Positions 41,430 to 56,568 are shown, counted from the first letter of the stretch. The stretch: 64,000 bases of DNA from Eledone cirrhosa (GCA_964016885.1 OZ024765.1:14260001-14324000), one strand, 5' to 3'. Made by a program: numbers and translations. Notes: a model not told the origin generated them from the sequence alone.

Positions 41430-42260
41430 ATGACGCTAAACTCCGCCACTTGCAAACTGCGCATCAACATGAGATATTTTCCCCCACAAAGTTCGATCAC
41501 CAACAGCAGAGTTTAAAGAGCAGAGATCAAGTCCAGTCCATAAGTTGACATTGTCAAGCCATAGTTTTGGCTGCCAGCCTCTGCTTCTCTTACCAGCCAA
41601 CCTTCCTTCCAGGAATATATACCTTTCGATCACCAACAGCAGAGTTTAAAGAATAAAGATCAAGTCCAGTCCATCGGTTGACATTCTCAAGCCATAGTTT
41701 TAGCTGCCGGCCTCTGCTTCTCTTACCAGCCAACCTTTCTTCCAGGAATATATAATACCTTTCGATCACCAACAGCAGAGTTTAAAGAATAAAGATCAAG
41801 TCCAGTCGATAGGTTGACATTATCAAGCTATAGTTTTAGCTGCCAGCCTCTGCTTCTCTTACCAGCCAACCTTTCTTCCAGGAATATATAATACCTTTCG
41901 GTCACCAACAGCAGAGTTTAAAGAGCAGAGATCAAGTCCAGTCCAGTCCATAAGTTGACATTGTCAAGCCATAGTTTTGGCTGCCAACCCCTGCTTCTCT
42001 TACCAGCCAACCTTCCTTCCAGGAATATATAATACCTTTCGATCACCAACAGCAGAGTTTAAAGAGCAGAGATCAAGTCCAGTCCAGTCCATAAGTTGAC
42101 ATTATCAAGCCATAGTTTTGGCTGCTGGCCTCTGCTGTTCTTACCAGCCAACCTTCCTTCCAGGCATAATCTAGTCACACTACGAGTTGATCTTTTTATA
42201 TGACCGTATAGTTTGAGTACTCTTGACTTGACAACAGATGTAATTGGTCTAAGTCTGGTA
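41430..42260 (-). mobile_element. RTE-like 3' end with about five tandem units of about 135 bp
   Basis: LEGRLAGKRSRGRQxKLWLDNV..WTGL...DRTLW peptide repeated. Confidence 0.75.
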
Positions 42261-43157
42261 ACGTTGAGCAGCTCACTTCACTGATACGGATACAGTCATT
42301 GAGCCACTTGCCAGTCATAAGTCAGACAAGCATCAGACACCATGCTTTGCAGCATAGAGTTATGACCCTTTACGTTCTGAGTTCAACTCTCGCTGAGGTT
42401 AACTTTGCCTTTCATCCTTACGGGGTCGATAAAATATAGTACCAGTAATGCACTGGGTAATTGCTGGCCTTGTGCCTAAAGTAGAAACAATTATTTCCAC
42501 CACCACCACCACCAACAACACTGTGACCAACACCACCTCCAAGAACAACAACAGCACTGTCACCACCACCACCACCACCAACAACAACAACCACATCACC
42601 ACCACCAGCAACAACAACAATTTATGTTGTAAAGTAAAATCTCCCTGAGTTCAACTTTGCCCGTCATCCATGTGTGTGTATGTATGTGTATGTTTGTGTG
42701 TGCATGTATGTGTATATATATATGTGTGTATGTTTGTGTGTATATATGTGTATATATGTATGTGTATGTTTGTGTGTGTATGTATGTATATATATGTGTG
42801 TGTGTGTGTGTATGTATGTGTATATATATATATATGTGTGTGTGTATGTATGTGTATATATATATATGTGTATGTATGTGTATGTTTATGTGTGTATGTA
42901 TGTGTATATATATATATGTGTGTATGTGTATGTATGTGTATATATATATGTGTGTGTGTATGTATGTGTATGTTTGTGTATGTATATATGTATGTGTGTG
43001 TGTGTGGTGTCAATAAAACAAAGTACCAGTCAAGTACTGGGGTCAATTGCTGTTCTCGTGCCAGTACATCCTTCCTGTTGTCTCCTTAAGGGGAGTTGAA
43101 AAAACAACAATGGGGACTGTCAGCCTGTCTGTCTAGCTGCCAGTCTGTCTATCTATC

Positions 43158-44110
43158 TGGCACCTCGAGTGCCTACAGGCGCTCACAGCCCTCTACCAAG
43201 CGGAAACGGCAATCAGCGGAGACTCCACTTCGACATTCTATAGGGGATTAGTGGAGGATAAGTGCGACGATGATCTTGGGGGAAACTCTAGGCATCGAGG
43301 AGGACGAACTGACCAATCTGTTCGGGAGGACTTTCCGTCCAGGGCCTATGGGTAACTTCCAGAGGTCTCTGCCCTGGCAGTGCTACCGAGGAGCTGTACC
43401 AGTTCGAGACAAAATCTACAGGCCCGGACGCCCTGGCAGAGATCCTGCCAAAAGGACCTGTCCAAGATGCGAGCAGGACATCGAAACCGTTCTGCACGCA
43501 ATTGTTCAGTGCCCAGGGGTGACCGACCTGTGGAATTATGTCGAACAGCTGCTGTCACGTATGGGACGCATCCAGTTGTCAGCCGAGTCCTTCGTGAGGA
43601 TCACCTCGCCGCTTTCATTTAAGAATGAAGGGGAGGCACTCTTCCTCTGTCTGGTGGCTATGGCGAAAGAGGTAATATGGTGGACGAGGTTAAAAGGACT
43701 GAGGGCAAACACCTTTCTCTCCGGACAACAACTCATCCCCTTCTTTAAGTACCACTTCAGAAGGAAGGTGAGAGTGGAGAGAGAGGTGCTACACCCCAGT
43801 AAATTCACTGAAAGGTGGGTGAATGTGGCAAAAATGGGCCTTCTCTGTATACAAACCTGTAGGTTGAGGAAGATAAACAGAGGGAAGACAGGAACACCTA
43901 CAAAACTACTTCCTGATGTTGAGGGTTGTTCTACCCACAGGGTGTTAAACAACCCTGCAGTAGCGTTGCCCCCTACTGGGGATTTCAATTGTTTTATTTT
44001 ATATATAGTTTATTGTTATTTATCATTGTTAAAGATTTTATGTAAAACCCCCGCTGTCACGTCTTGTAATGTCCCATTTTTGTACGCCCCAGTGGCAAAT
44101 AAAGAAACAT
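43158..44110 (+). mobile_element. 5'-truncated Tx1-like LINE (subfamily B)
   Basis: Zinc-finger [18 protein letters not shown]. Flanked by tctatctatct at the 5' end and aataaagaaa-catatctatc at the 3' end. Confidence 0.85.
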
Positions 44111-44549
44111 ATCTATCTACCAACCAACGTGTCTGTCTGTCTGTCTGTCAGTTTATCTGTCAGTCTGTCTGTCTGTCTGTCTGTCAGTTTATCTGTCTGT
44201 CTATCAGTTTATCTGTCTGTCTGTCTGTCTGTCTGTGTGTATGTGTGTCTGTCTGTGTGTCTATCTGTCTCTCTGTCTGTCTCTCTGTCTCTTTGTCTGT
44301 CTGTCTGTCTATCTGTCAGTGTGTCTGTCTGTCTGTCTGTCTGTCTATCAGTTTATCTGTCAGTCTATCTGTGTGTCTGTCTCTCTGTGTGTCTGTGTAT
44401 CTGTCTGTCTGTCTGTCTGTCTATCTGTCTGTGTGTCTGTCTGTGTGTGTGTATGTGTGTCTGCCTGTATGTCTGTGGTTGTGTGTGTGTGTCTGTCTGT
44501 GTGTGTGTGTGTCTCTGTGTCTGTCTGTCTGTCTGTCTGTGTGTCTCTG

Positions 44550-44580
<31 letters not shown>

Positions 44581-44659
44581 GTCTGTGTATCTGTCTGTCT
44601 GTCTGTCTGTCTGTGTGTCTCTGTGTCTGTCTGTCTGTCTGTCTGTCTGTGTCTGTGTA

Positions 44660-44724
<65 letters not shown>

Positions 44725-46489
44725 GTCTGTGTATCTGTCTGTATGCCTGTCTGTCTGTGTGTCTCTGTGTCTGTCTGTCTGTCTGTCTGTCTGTGTCTGT
44801 GTATCTGTCTGTCTGTCTGTCAGTTTGTCTGTCTGTCTATCTGTCTGTCTGTGTGTCTGTCAATCTCTCTGTCTGTGTGTGTATGTGTGTGTGTGCCTGT
44901 CTGTGTGTGTCTATCTGTTTATCTGTGTGAGTGTGTGAGTATGTGTTTCTATTTGTGTGTGTGTGTGTGTGCGTGTGTGTGTGTTTCTATTTGTGTGTGT
45001 TTGTCAGTATGTCACTATGTCTGTGTGTCTATTTGTGTGTCTCTGTGTGTCTGTGTGTGTGTGTGTCTGTGTCTGTGTGTGTGTGTCTGTGTGTGTGTGT
45101 GTGTGTCTGCCTGTATGTCTGTGTGTCTGTGGTTGTGTGTGTGTGTATGTGTGTCTGTCTGTGTGTCTGTGTGTGTGTGTGTCTGTCTGTGTGTCTGTGT
45201 GTGTGTCTGTGTGTGTCTGTGTGTCTGTCTGTGTGTATGTTTGTGTGTGTGTCTGTGTGTATGTCTGTGTGTGTGTGTGTCTGTATGTCTGTGTGTCTCT
45301 GTGTGTGTTTGTATTTCTGTAAAGTTAATCTTTTAGATCAATGTCTAGTAAATTTGTGGAGTGTTGATAATGTTGTTGTTGTTGTTGGTGGTGGTTGTGG
45401 TGGTGATGATGGTGGTGGTGGTGGTAGTGGTGATGGTGTGGTGGTGGTGATGGTGATGGTGATGGTGGTGGTGGTGATGTTAGTGTTGGTGGTGGTGATG
45501 TTAGTGTTGGTGGTGGTGATGTTAGTGTTGGTGGTGGTGTTGACGGTAGTGATGGATGGTGTTGGTGAAGGTGGTGGTGATGGTGGTGGTAGTGGTGATA
45601 GTAGTGGTGGTAGTAGTGGTGGTAGTGTTGGTGGTAGTGTTGGTGTTGGTGGTGATGTTAGTGGTAGTGTTTGTGGCATTGATGGTGGTAGTGATAGTGG
45701 TGGTAGTGGCAGTGGTGGTGGTGGTGGTAGTGGTGGTGGTAGTGGTAGTGGTAGTGGTGGTGGTAGTGGTGGTGGTGGTGGTGGTGGTGGTAGTGGTGTC
45801 ATCATGACAAATAAGGAAGTATTGACAAAGACAGGTCTTAATCCCTAAACTAAAGTATATCTCCTTAATCCTAACAAACTACATGACCCCACCACCACCA
45901 CTAACACTACCACCACCATCACCACTAACACCACCACCTACACCTACATACACTACTACCATCACCACTAACACTACCACCACCACACCACCACCACACC
46001 ACCACCACCACCACACCACCTACATACATACACCACCACCTACACCTACATACACCACCACCATCACCACTAACACTACAAGCACCACCACTAACACTAC
46101 CAGCACCACCACCACACCACCTACACCACTAACACTACCACCATCACCACTAACACTACCAGTTACACCACCACCACCACCATCACCAATAACAGCTAAC
46201 ACCATCTACACCAACAGTTTGTCCTAACTTTCACTTTTAGTGAATGAAGGTTTTATGAGTGTGACCTGCTCAGACCACCCCTCCACATTTCACAGGCTCC
46301 ACACCACCCCTGTCCCCTTAAAAAAAGAGGCAGTGGGGAGGAGAAGGGCCCAGAAATGTTGAAATCTTCAAGTTATCCCCTCAAACAATGGATTATTGAA
46401 TTTGGACTTTAGGTATTTTCGACTTTTATTTAAAATACTTATTCCAGTACCTATTGACCCTATACTTTCAGAATAGGTACCATGTACAC

Positions 46490-47371
46490 CAGTGCTACTC
46501 AAAGTGGTGGTCCACGGACCGGTTCCGGCACGCGAGCCATCAGCTACTGGTACGCGGTTTTTCACACTAGTAAAGATTAAGGTTATATAATTATTATTTT
46601 TGTGTTAATAAACTGCTTGTTATTTTTTTTTATCACCATTATCATTTCATTTTACGTCCGCCTTTTCCCTGCTTGCAAGGGTGGGACGGGAACTGATTCT
46701 GGCTTGATTTCTACAGCCGAATGCCCTTCCTAACACCAACCTCATTTACACTGAGTGCTCTGGGTGCTTTTTTGCCGTGGCACCTCCACGACCACTTTGC
46801 AGTGGAATGATATGGACCCCAGTCCCTATCATCTCATTTCTACAGCTGAGTAAACTGGAGCAATGTGAAATAAAGTGTCTTGCTCAAGGAAACAACACAA
46901 CACCCGGTCTGAGAATTGAACTCACAACCTTTTGATTGCAAGGCCAATGCTCTAACCACTAAGCCATGTGCCTCCATATGTGCCTTATATGTTTTGATAT
47001 TGTATTATGTTTACAAAATAAATAGAAGATAAAGAAATGGTCAACTATTATTATATTCACAAGGCGGTGGATTGGCAGTATCGGTAGAGGGTCAGACGCC
47101 ATGCTTTCCAGCATAGTTACATCCCTTTACGATCTGAGTTCAAATCCCGCCGAGGTTGACTTTGCCTTTCATCCTTACGGGGTCGATAAAATAAAGTACC
47201 AGTAATGCACTGGGTAATTGCTGGCCTTGTGCCTAAAGTAGAAACAATTATTATATTCATTATATATATCGTTTCCGGTATAAATTAATATTACTCCGAA
47301 ATATTAGTGGTACGTGGCACATTGAAAAAAAAAATGCCGGTCCGCCACATCAGATAATTTGAGAAGCACTG
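46490..47371 (+). mobile_element. hAT (Charlie-like) MITE with two nested SINEs
   Basis: TIRs CAGTGCTACTCAAA / TTTGAGAAGCACTG and 8-bp TSD atgtacac/atgtacat. Confidence 0.8.
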
Positions 47372-48884
47372 ATGTACATTATACCCGCTGTCTGAGTGTG
47401 AAAAGATCTGACTAAAAGAGTTGGTGTCAGGAAGGGGATCATCTTTCTCTCTTTCTGTCATCGTAGACCCCCAGCTTCAGTCATGAATAACCATGGCTTT
47501 ACACCCATGGCTTAGTGGTTAGAGCATTGGGCTTGCAAACGAAAGGTTGTGAGTTCAATTCTCGGACCGGGTGATGTGTTGTTTCCTTGAGCAAGACACT
47601 TTATTTCACATTGCTCCAGTTTACTCAGCTGTAGAAATGAGATGATAGGGACTGGGGTCCCTGTCATTCCACTACAAAGTGGTCGTGGAGGTGGCACGGC
47701 AAAAAAGCACCCAGCACTCACTGTAAATGAGGTTGGTGTTAGGAAGGGCATCCAGCTGTAGAAATCAAGCCAGAATCAGTTCCCGTCCCACCCTTGCAAG
47801 CAGGGAAAAATGGACGTAAAATGATGATGATGAAAGGTCCCCTCCGAGGCACAAGTTTGAGCTAGGTGTGTTTGTGGAAGACCAGCTGCGGTGTGGAACA
47901 CCAGCAGTCACCCCTATGTACAAGACCCCCACTCTCCCTGCATCATCTCCCTTTCTGTCTGTTGTCGTAGGCCCCACCTTCGGTCACAAAAGACCATGGT
48001 TTTACCCCCACAAAGTTCCCGTCTGACGGATAAGTCTGAGCTAGGTGTGATTGTGGAAGACCACCAGTCACCCCTACATACCAGTCCCCACTCTCTCCAT
48101 CCATCACCACCAAGACCACCACCACCACCAAGACAAAAACCACCACAACCACCACCACCACCACCACCGCCACCAACGCCACCACCAAGACCGCCACCAC
48201 CACAACTACCGCCACCACCACCACCACCACCACCACCCAGGAAGAGGAAAAGGATGAGGTGTAGGTGGTGGGTGCAAGTTGTTTACTAGTGTCATCCTCA
48301 TTGTTGAGTGTGGGGGAGGACAGAGTGGGGGGGGGACAGAGCGGGGTGGGGGTGGGGAGGACAGAATGGGGGTGGGGTGGGGAGGGCAGAATGAGGCGTG
48401 CAGGAGGATGGATTAGGGTGGGGGAGGATGAGGTGTGGGGGAGAACGGAGTGAGGGGGCAGGAGGGGGGAGGGAGGGAGGATGAGAATGAAGAATTTTGT
48501 TGTATACTTTGGGATATTAAGTTTGTTGGTTCTGGATGGCTTTTGAAGTAAACTTCCTGGTCTCTTCTTGTTTTTATAGTGTGTGTGTGACATACACATA
48601 CACACACACATATATACGCATACACATATATACGCATACACACACACATACATATATACACACACACATACTCATATATATACACACACACACATATACA
48701 CACACACATTCATATATATACACACACACACACATATATATATACACACACACATACATATATACACATACACATATATACACACACACATACATATATA
48801 CACACACACATATATACACACAGATATACACAGATATATACACACACACACATACATATACACATATACCTGCATGTATGTATA

Positions 48885-48928
<44 letters not shown>

Positions 48929-48983
48929 TTTATACACATACCTGACCTGTATGCATATATATATATTTACACATACATGTATG

Positions 48984-49031
<48 letters not shown>

Positions 49032-49169
49032 TTCATACACATACCTGTATATATATACACATACATGTATGTATATTGAAAGAAAGAGATAAGACAACCA
49101 GTCCAGTCCCTTTATCAGTCCAGCTTCCTGCTTCAGCTTATCACAAATTCCAAGTCAGACATTTTCCTC

Positions 49170-49229
<60 letters not shown>

Positions 49230-49291
49230 TGTGTGTGACTTAGTGCACACTCTTTTTCTCTCTTATTGTCTATCTATCTATTTACATCCCT

Positions 49292-50970
49292 TTGGAACCG
49301 GGATTGCGGAAAGCGGTGTCGGCCTACGCCGATGACGTGACAGTAATGGTGTCGACGGCCTCCGAAATCGAGGCGGTCGGCACCTTACTAGAGGAGTACG
49401 AAAAGTTCACAGGGGCTAAGCTGAACCGGGACAAGTCGATCGGTTTGCAACTCGGCACGTGGAGGGGCAGACCGATGCCCTCCGATAGCGTCGTCGGACG
49501 CTGGACGGAGGGCCCGGTGAAATTGCTCGGGGTCTGGTTCGGACCGGACCTCCAGGTGGAGAAAAACTGGGCGGAGGTTACGAACAGGGTGTTTGCACTG
49601 ACCCAGAAGTGGGCCAGTTGCAAACTATCCCTGAAAGGCCGGGCGGAGGTGGCGAACACCTACATAGCGTCCGTCATCTACTACCGCCTGACCGTAGTGC
49701 CCTGCCCAAGGGAAACCCTCACCAAGATGGAGCGCGCGCTCTTCCAATTCCTTTGGAAGAGGCGGGCTCCTATGGTGAGGAGATCCATCTGCTGTCAACA
49801 CCCTTCGAAAGGAGGGCTGGGGATGCCGTGGCTAATGATGCGTAAACACGCATTAAGGCTACGGCACCTCTACGTATTCCTCACCGGACAACCGGTGTGG
49901 GCCTCGTTTGTGAGACGAACCTTTCCCAGACTCGTCTCACTCACCGAGCTGCAATCCTGGGTCAAGCAAAGACCGAGAAAACTGGGCGCCTGGCACACTG
50001 AGTGTGCCCAGGCGCTCACCGCCCTCTGGCAGGCGGATCCGGTTATCAGTGGAGACTCCACCGCAACATTCTATAGAGAGCTGGTACGCAGCAGGTGCGA
50101 CGACGCCCTCGGAGAAGCCCTAGACATGGAGGAGGACGAACTGGCCAGCCTGTTCGGTAGGACATTCAGCCCGGGACCTATGGACAACTTCCAGAAGTCC
50201 CTGGCCTGGCAGTGCTACCGAGGGGCTTTACCCGTTCGAGAAAGGCTCTACAGACACGGGCGCCCGGGTAGGGACCCCGCCAAAAAGATCTGTCCCAGAT
50301 GCGTGTGCGACGAGGAAACCGTTGCACACGCATTAGTACACTGCTCGGGCGTAGCCGATCTGTGGGGCTATGTCGAACAACTGCTGTCAAGGGTGGGACC
50401 GATCCGGTTGACCACCGAGTCTATTGTAATGATCAAGCCGCCTCCCCCCTTCAAAGATGAAGCAGAGGCGGTGTTTCTGTGCGTAATAGCCATGGCGAAA
50501 GAGGTTGTATGGTGGACGCGTCTGAAAGGACTGAGGTCGGGCACCTTTCTCTCTGGCCAACAACTGGTCCGTTTCTTCCGATATCATTTCGGAAGAAGGA
50601 TCAGGATGGAGAGAGAGGTGCTGCACCCCAGCCGTTTCTATGAAAGATGGGTGAAAGTGGCGAGAATGGCCCGTGTGAATGGGCCTTCACTCTACATCAG
50701 ACTATAGGTGAGGAAGATGAAAGACCAAGGGAGCACCCCTTCTCTGTGCTCCTGAGGAGAAGGGTTGCACACTTTTTTCGGGGGTGTGTGCGACCCCCCA
50801 AGGCGCCTCCTCTCTATTGAGGATTTTGTTAAAAATTTTATTTTTTGTTATATCTTATTTTATTTTTATATTTTGTTATTGCCTCCTCCTTATTGAGGAC
50901 GCCTTTTTGTGTAAACTCCCCCCTTTGTACTTGTCCCACTTTTGATGCCCTAGTGGCAAATAAAAGAAAT
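49292..50970 (+). mobile_element. 5'-truncated Tx1/L1-clade LINE: RT and zf-RVT ORF2 (49292-50707, 471 aa uninterrupted) and 3' UTR
   Basis: AYADDV, LSLKGR, GGLGMP and CPRC...ETVAHALVHC motifs. GC-rich and free of stop codons, so probably young. Confidence 0.9.
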
Positions 50971-51098
50971 ATATCTATTTATTTTACACGTTTTTTATTG
51001 TATGTAAACTTCCCCCTTTGTATTTGTCCCCTTCTTTTGTGCCCCTGTGGCTAATAAAGAAATATATCTATTTACTTACCTTAATATCTATCTATCTA

Positions 51099-51130
<32 letters not shown>

Positions 51131-51319
51131 CCTGACTACATACATACATACAAACCTATCTACCTAATTCTCTACATACCTACCAACCCATCTCTCCAAC
51201 TACCCATCTATCTACCTACTTACGAACCTACCTATTTACCAAACTACCAAACTACATGCTTTTTCACCTACCAACCCACCCCCCAAACTATCCATCTACC
51301 TATTTACCTACCTATCTAT

Positions 51320-51730
51320 TCTCTACATCAGACTATAGGCGAGGAAGATGAAAGACCAAGGGAGCACCCCCTCTCTGTGCTCCTGAGGAGAAGGGTTGCA
51401 CACTTTTTTTCGGGGGTGTGTGCGACCCCCCAAGGCGCCTCCTCCCTATGGAGGATTTTGTTATAAAATTTATTTTGTTATATTTTATTTTATTTTTATA
51501 CTTTGTTATTGCCTCCTCCTTATTGAGGACACCTTGTTATGTAAACTCCCCCCATTGTACTTGTCCCACTTTTGATGCCCTGGTGGCAAATAAAAAAAAG
51601 TTATCTATTCTTTAAGTATCACTTTAGAAGGAGAATCAGGGTGGAGAGAGAGGCATTGCACCCCAGTAAATTTACTGAAAGGTGGGTGAATGAAGCGAAA
51701 ATGGCCTGAGTGATTGGGCCTTCTCTGTTT
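51320..51730 (+). mobile_element. Additional Tx1-like 3' fragments
   Basis: Near copy of 50690-50970 followed by an ORF-end fragment. Confidence 0.8.
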
Positions 51731-51889
51731 ATAATAATAATAATAATAATAATAATAGTAATAATAATAATAATAATTGTTTCTACTTTAGGCACAAGGC
51801 CAGCAATTACCCAGTACATTACTGGTACTTTATTTTATCAACCCCGTAAGGATGAAAGGCAAAGTCAACCTCGGCAGGATTTGAACTCA

Positions 51890-52397
51890 GATAATAATAA
51901 TAATAATGAAATATTGTGTACAGTGCTCAGGTGCACTACAACTCATCAAAAAGTGTATGTATAGTACATAGGGTAATGTACAAACGTCAGGAAAATGAAC
52001 AGTGCATGAGTCATGATACACACGTGTGCATGTGTATGGAAGGGGTACATCAGGTGTAGTTTTGGCGTATTTCGGGAAGCATGAGTGTCTTAAAGGATGC
52101 AGTATCTCGGCAGCTAACAACTGACGCAGGCAGTTTGTTTCATGCTTCAGCAACTCTGAGCGTGAAAAAATGTTTACGAAAGTCATGGGAGCTGTGCTGT
52201 TTTCTGACTTTGTAGGCATGTCCATGTGTGTTAGACACATGGAGATCAAAAAGGTGCTCAGGGTTGTTGTTGGCGAGATGGTTAATAACTTTGTGGGTAT
52301 TCACCAAGTCCATTGCCAGACGTCGAAGCTTCAAAGAATCCATGCCCAGGGAAGCAAGGTGTTCAGAGTATGGTAGGTGTCTGGTGGAGGGTATGCG
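51890..52397 (-). mobile_element. CR1-like LINE 3' end with a single, unamplified 61-bp unit
   Basis: MDSLKLRRLAMDLVNTHKVIN...RKHFFTLRVAEA peptide and (att)n tail. Confidence 0.8.
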
Positions 52398-52399
52398 CT

Positions 52400-52646
52400 A
52401 AGCCTGTAGGTTGAGGAAGAGAGCAAAAGGAAGAAAGGAACACTTGCACAACACGCTCCTGGAGTTGAGGGTTGTTCTATCGATGGGGTATTAAACAACC
52501 CATTTGTGGCGTCTCCCCCCTATTGGGGATTTCGATTGTTGTAATTGTTTGTTTTTATATTTTTTACACGACTGTATGTAAAATCCCCGGCATGTGTCTT
52601 TGTATTGTCCCCTTTTCTTGTGCGCCTTTGTGGCTAATAAAGAAAT
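52400..52646 (+). mobile_element. Tx1-like 3' UTR (subfamily C), followed by a (CTAC/CTAT)n field to 53640
   Basis: Same 3' architecture, ending ctaataaagaaa-tatatctattt. Confidence 0.7.
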
Positions 52647-53939
52647 ATATCTATTTACCTACCTACCTACCTATTCACCTACCTAACTACCTATTTACCA
52701 ACCTACCTATTTACCTACCAACCTATATACCAACCTACCTAACTATTCACCTTCCAACCCACCTCCCCAACCTCCCCATCTACCTACCTATTCATCTATT
52801 TACCAGCCTACCTATCTACTCACCTACCTATCTACCAACCTACCTACCTACCTATTCACCTACCTATCTACCAACCTACCAACCTATTTACCAACTTACC
52901 TACCTACCTACCTATTCACCTACCTACCTACCTATCTACCAACCTACCAACCTATTTACCAAACTACCTACCTATTCACCTTCCAACCCACCTCCCCAAC
53001 CTCCCCATCTACCTACCTATTCACCTATTTACCAGCCTACCTATCTACCTACCTACCTATTTACCTATTTACCAGCCTACCTATCTACCTACCTACCTAT
53101 TTACCTATTTACCAGCCTACCTATCTGCCTACCTACCTATTTACCTATTTACCAGCCTACCTATCTACCTACCTACCTATTCACCTATTTACCAGCCTAC
53201 CTATCTACCTACCTACCTATTTACCTATTTACCAGCCTACCTATCTACCTACCTACCTATTTACCTATTTACCAGCCTACCTATCTACCTACCTATTCAG
53301 CTATTTACCAGCCTACCTATCTACCTATTTACCAGCCTACCTATCTACCTACCTACCTATTCACCTATTTACCAGCCTACCTATCTACCTACCTACCTAT
53401 TCACCTATTTACCAGCCTACCTATCTACCTACCTACCTATTTACCTATTTACCAGCCTACCTATCTACCTACCTATTCAGCTATTTACCAGCCTACCTAT
53501 CTACCTATTTACCAGCCTACCTATCTACCTACCTACCTATCTACCTATTTACCAGCCTACCTATCTACCTATTTACCTATTTACCAGCCTACCTATCTAC
53601 CTACCTACCTATTCACCTATTTACCAGCCTACCTATCCATCTTTCCCCATATCCATCTCAGTGGTTCCCAAATGGTGTAGCACACCTCCTACATGCAGCA
53701 GGAGAAGGTAGCAGGTAAGGTGGAATGAGTCAAAGACATTCAAAGATTTAGAAACAGTTTCAACAAATACGTATGTCAAAAATAAATATGTTTTCAAAAT
53801 TTTAAATATTATTACGTACAAACTTAAACCTACAGTCAGTAGGCACCTCTTCACCCAATATATACCCCACCCCACACTCCATCCTCCCACTTCGACCCAC
53901 ACCGCCCTTTCTCTGTAAAGTTATGTTGGTACCACAGAA

Positions 53940-54590
53940 CACCCAGTCCACACTGTAAAGTGGTCGTGTAAGTGTCATGACAAAAAGCACCCAGTCCACA
54001 CTGTAAAGTGGTCGTGTAAGTGTCACGACAAAAAGCACCCAGTCCACACTGTAAAGTGGTCGTGTAGGTGTCATGACAAAAAGCACCCAGTCCACACTGT
54101 AAAGTGGTCATGTAGGTGTCACGACAAAAAGCACCCAGTCCACACTGTAAAGTGGTCATGTAGGTGTCACGACAAAAAGCACCCAGTCCACACTGTAAAG
54201 TGGTCATGTAGGTGTCATGACAAAAAGCACCCAGTCCACACTGTAAAGTGGTCATGTAGGTGTCACGACAAAAAGCACCCAGTCCACACTGTAAAGTGGT
54301 CATATAGGTGTCACGACAAAAAGCACCCAGTCCACACTGTAAAGTGGTCATGTAGGTGTCACGACAAAAAGCACCCAGTCCACACTGTAAAGTGGTCATG
54401 TAGGTGTCATGACAAAAAGCACCCAGTCCACACTGTAAAGTGGTCATGTAGGTGTCACGACAAAAAGCACCCAGTCCACACTGTAAAGTGGTCATGTAGG
54501 TGTCACGACAAAAAGCACCCAGTCCACACTGTAAAGTGGTCATGTAGGTGTCACGATAAAAAGCACCCAGTCCACACTGTAAAGTGGTTG
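53940..54590 (+). repeat. 48-bp minisatellite (about 13 copies) inside an RTE/Nin-SINE composite
   Basis: Same unit and same 5' flank as the 30500 array. Confidence 0.93.
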
Positions 54591-55032
54591 TGTAGGAGAC
54601 ACAGTAAAAAGGCCCCCAGTCGACACTGTAAAGTGGTTGGTGTTAGGAAGGGCATCCAGCTGTAGAAAACCGGCCAGGGACAGTTCTGTACGAGCGAGAC
54701 ATAGTCACCTGACCAATCTTGCCTAAAGTGGGACAAACCCGTCCAACCCATGCAAGTGTGGAAGATGGACGTTAAACGATGATGATGATGATGATGATTA
54801 TGGATTACTTATAATTGCATGCATGAGTCAGTCCCACTATAAATAGTCAAAAATAATTATTGACCAAATTTATCATTATGATATTTTTGCATCATATCAA
54901 GCATAAATATAAACATTTTAACTCTTTTGTTACAATATTTCTAATAAAAGACATTGCCTAGAATTTTCCAGTAATTTTGAAAATAACCAAGAATTTGAAG
55001 TGATTTCATAATATAACTAACTTTCTCATTAA

Positions 55033-55967
55033 CCCTTTAGCAGTTAAACCGACCATATCCGACCAGAATTCTCTCACCCCTTTCTGTTCAAACTGGCCAA
55101 AATGTGCCACTGATACTGGATGTTAAGGTATTGTTTTCAAAATAAATAATACCAAAATCTCAGATTCAATATTATGTGAGATATTATGTGAGGTAAAGCC
55201 TTTACTGTGAAAATACAATAGTATATATAGAGTAATGTAAATGTTATGTGAGATATTATGTGAGGTAAAGCCTTTACTGTGAAAATACTATAGTAAATAT
55301 AGAGTAATGTAAATGTTATGTGAGATATGCGAGGTAAAGCCTTTACCGTGAAAATATAATAGTAAATATAGAGTAATGTAAATGTTATGTGAGATATTAT
55401 GTGAGGTAAAGCCTTTACTGTGAAAATACAATAGTAAATATAGAGTAATGTAAATGTTATGTGAGATATTATGTGAGGTAAAGCCTTTACTGCGAAAATA
55501 CAATAGTATATATAGAGTAATGTAAATGTTATCTGAGATATTATGTGAGGTAAAGCCTTTACTGCGAAAATACAATAGTATATATAGAGTAATGTAAATG
55601 TTATGTGAGATATTATGTGAGGTAAAGCCTTTACTGCGAAAATACAATAGTATATATAGAGTAATGTAAATGTTATGCGAGATATTATGTGAGGTAAAGC
55701 CTTTACTGTGAAAATACAATAGTATATATAGAGTAATGTAAATGTTATGTGAGATATTATTCGAGGTAAAGCTTTTACTATGAAAATACAATAGTATATA
55801 TAGAGTAATGTAAATGTTATGTGAGATATTATGTGAGGTAAAGCCTTTACTGCGAAAATACAATAGTATATATAGAGTAATGTAAATGTTATGTGAGATA
55901 TTATGTGAGGTAAAGCTTTTACTGTGAAAATACAATAGTATATATAGAGTAATGTAATGCCAAAGGG
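55033..55967 (-). mobile_element. piggyBac-type MITE with a 72-bp array (about 11 copies), inverted relative to 3759
   Basis: TTAA|CCCTTTAGCA ... TGCCAAAGGG|TTAA. Confidence 0.75.
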
Positions 55968-56452
55968 TTAATATAGAAATTTGGAACATAACTAAGGTTT
56001 TTATTTAAAACTATGATGGAAGGTTTTTAGATAAATATAGACACTAACTCTTTTGTTACCATGTTTCTAATAATTTGTACATTATTCAATGTACTTTATA
56101 TGCACAATTGTACACAACAATTTTAACTATTTTATATAAATGACACTGACTATAATTTTTAAGTAGTTTTGAAAATAACCAAGCCCTTAATTTCGTAGTA
56201 TAACTAACTTTCTCATTACGAAGATGGTGTTTAGAACATAAGATAACACAGATTCTTTCATAAAAATTATGATGGAATGTATTTAGATAAATGTAAACAT
56301 TTTAAAACAAACATTTATGTATGATAGGACCAGAGGCCAAACTAGAAGCTGTTTCAGGCAGTTTGGCATGATATAATGAAATTTTGGTATCATAAATGAA
56401 CATAGAAATTAGAGAGGAAGGAATGGTAAGCATTGCAGTTAATGTAACTCAC

Positions 56453-56568
56453 CCATAAACTCTGTGGCATGACATTTGGAATGACCATCTGGATGCTCCT
56501 GGGCATATCTTGTGATCTCTCGACGGTGGTAAAAATATCCAATACGTGTCTTAGTGTACAGAAAATAT
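56453..56568 (-). CDS. PNKD: PNKD-like hydrolase (glyoxalase II/MBL family), internal exon A (116 nt): YFLYTKTRIGYFYHRREITRYAQEHPDGHSKCHATEFM(G)
   Basis: Acceptor tatttctag and donor gtgagt. Peptide resembles the PNKD segment [30 protein letters not shown] (from memory). Phase 1 end joins exon B. Confidence 0.85.

Noticed and set aside
43270-45336. 688-aa ORF
   Set aside because: Tx1 remnant reading through its UTR into (GTCT)n.
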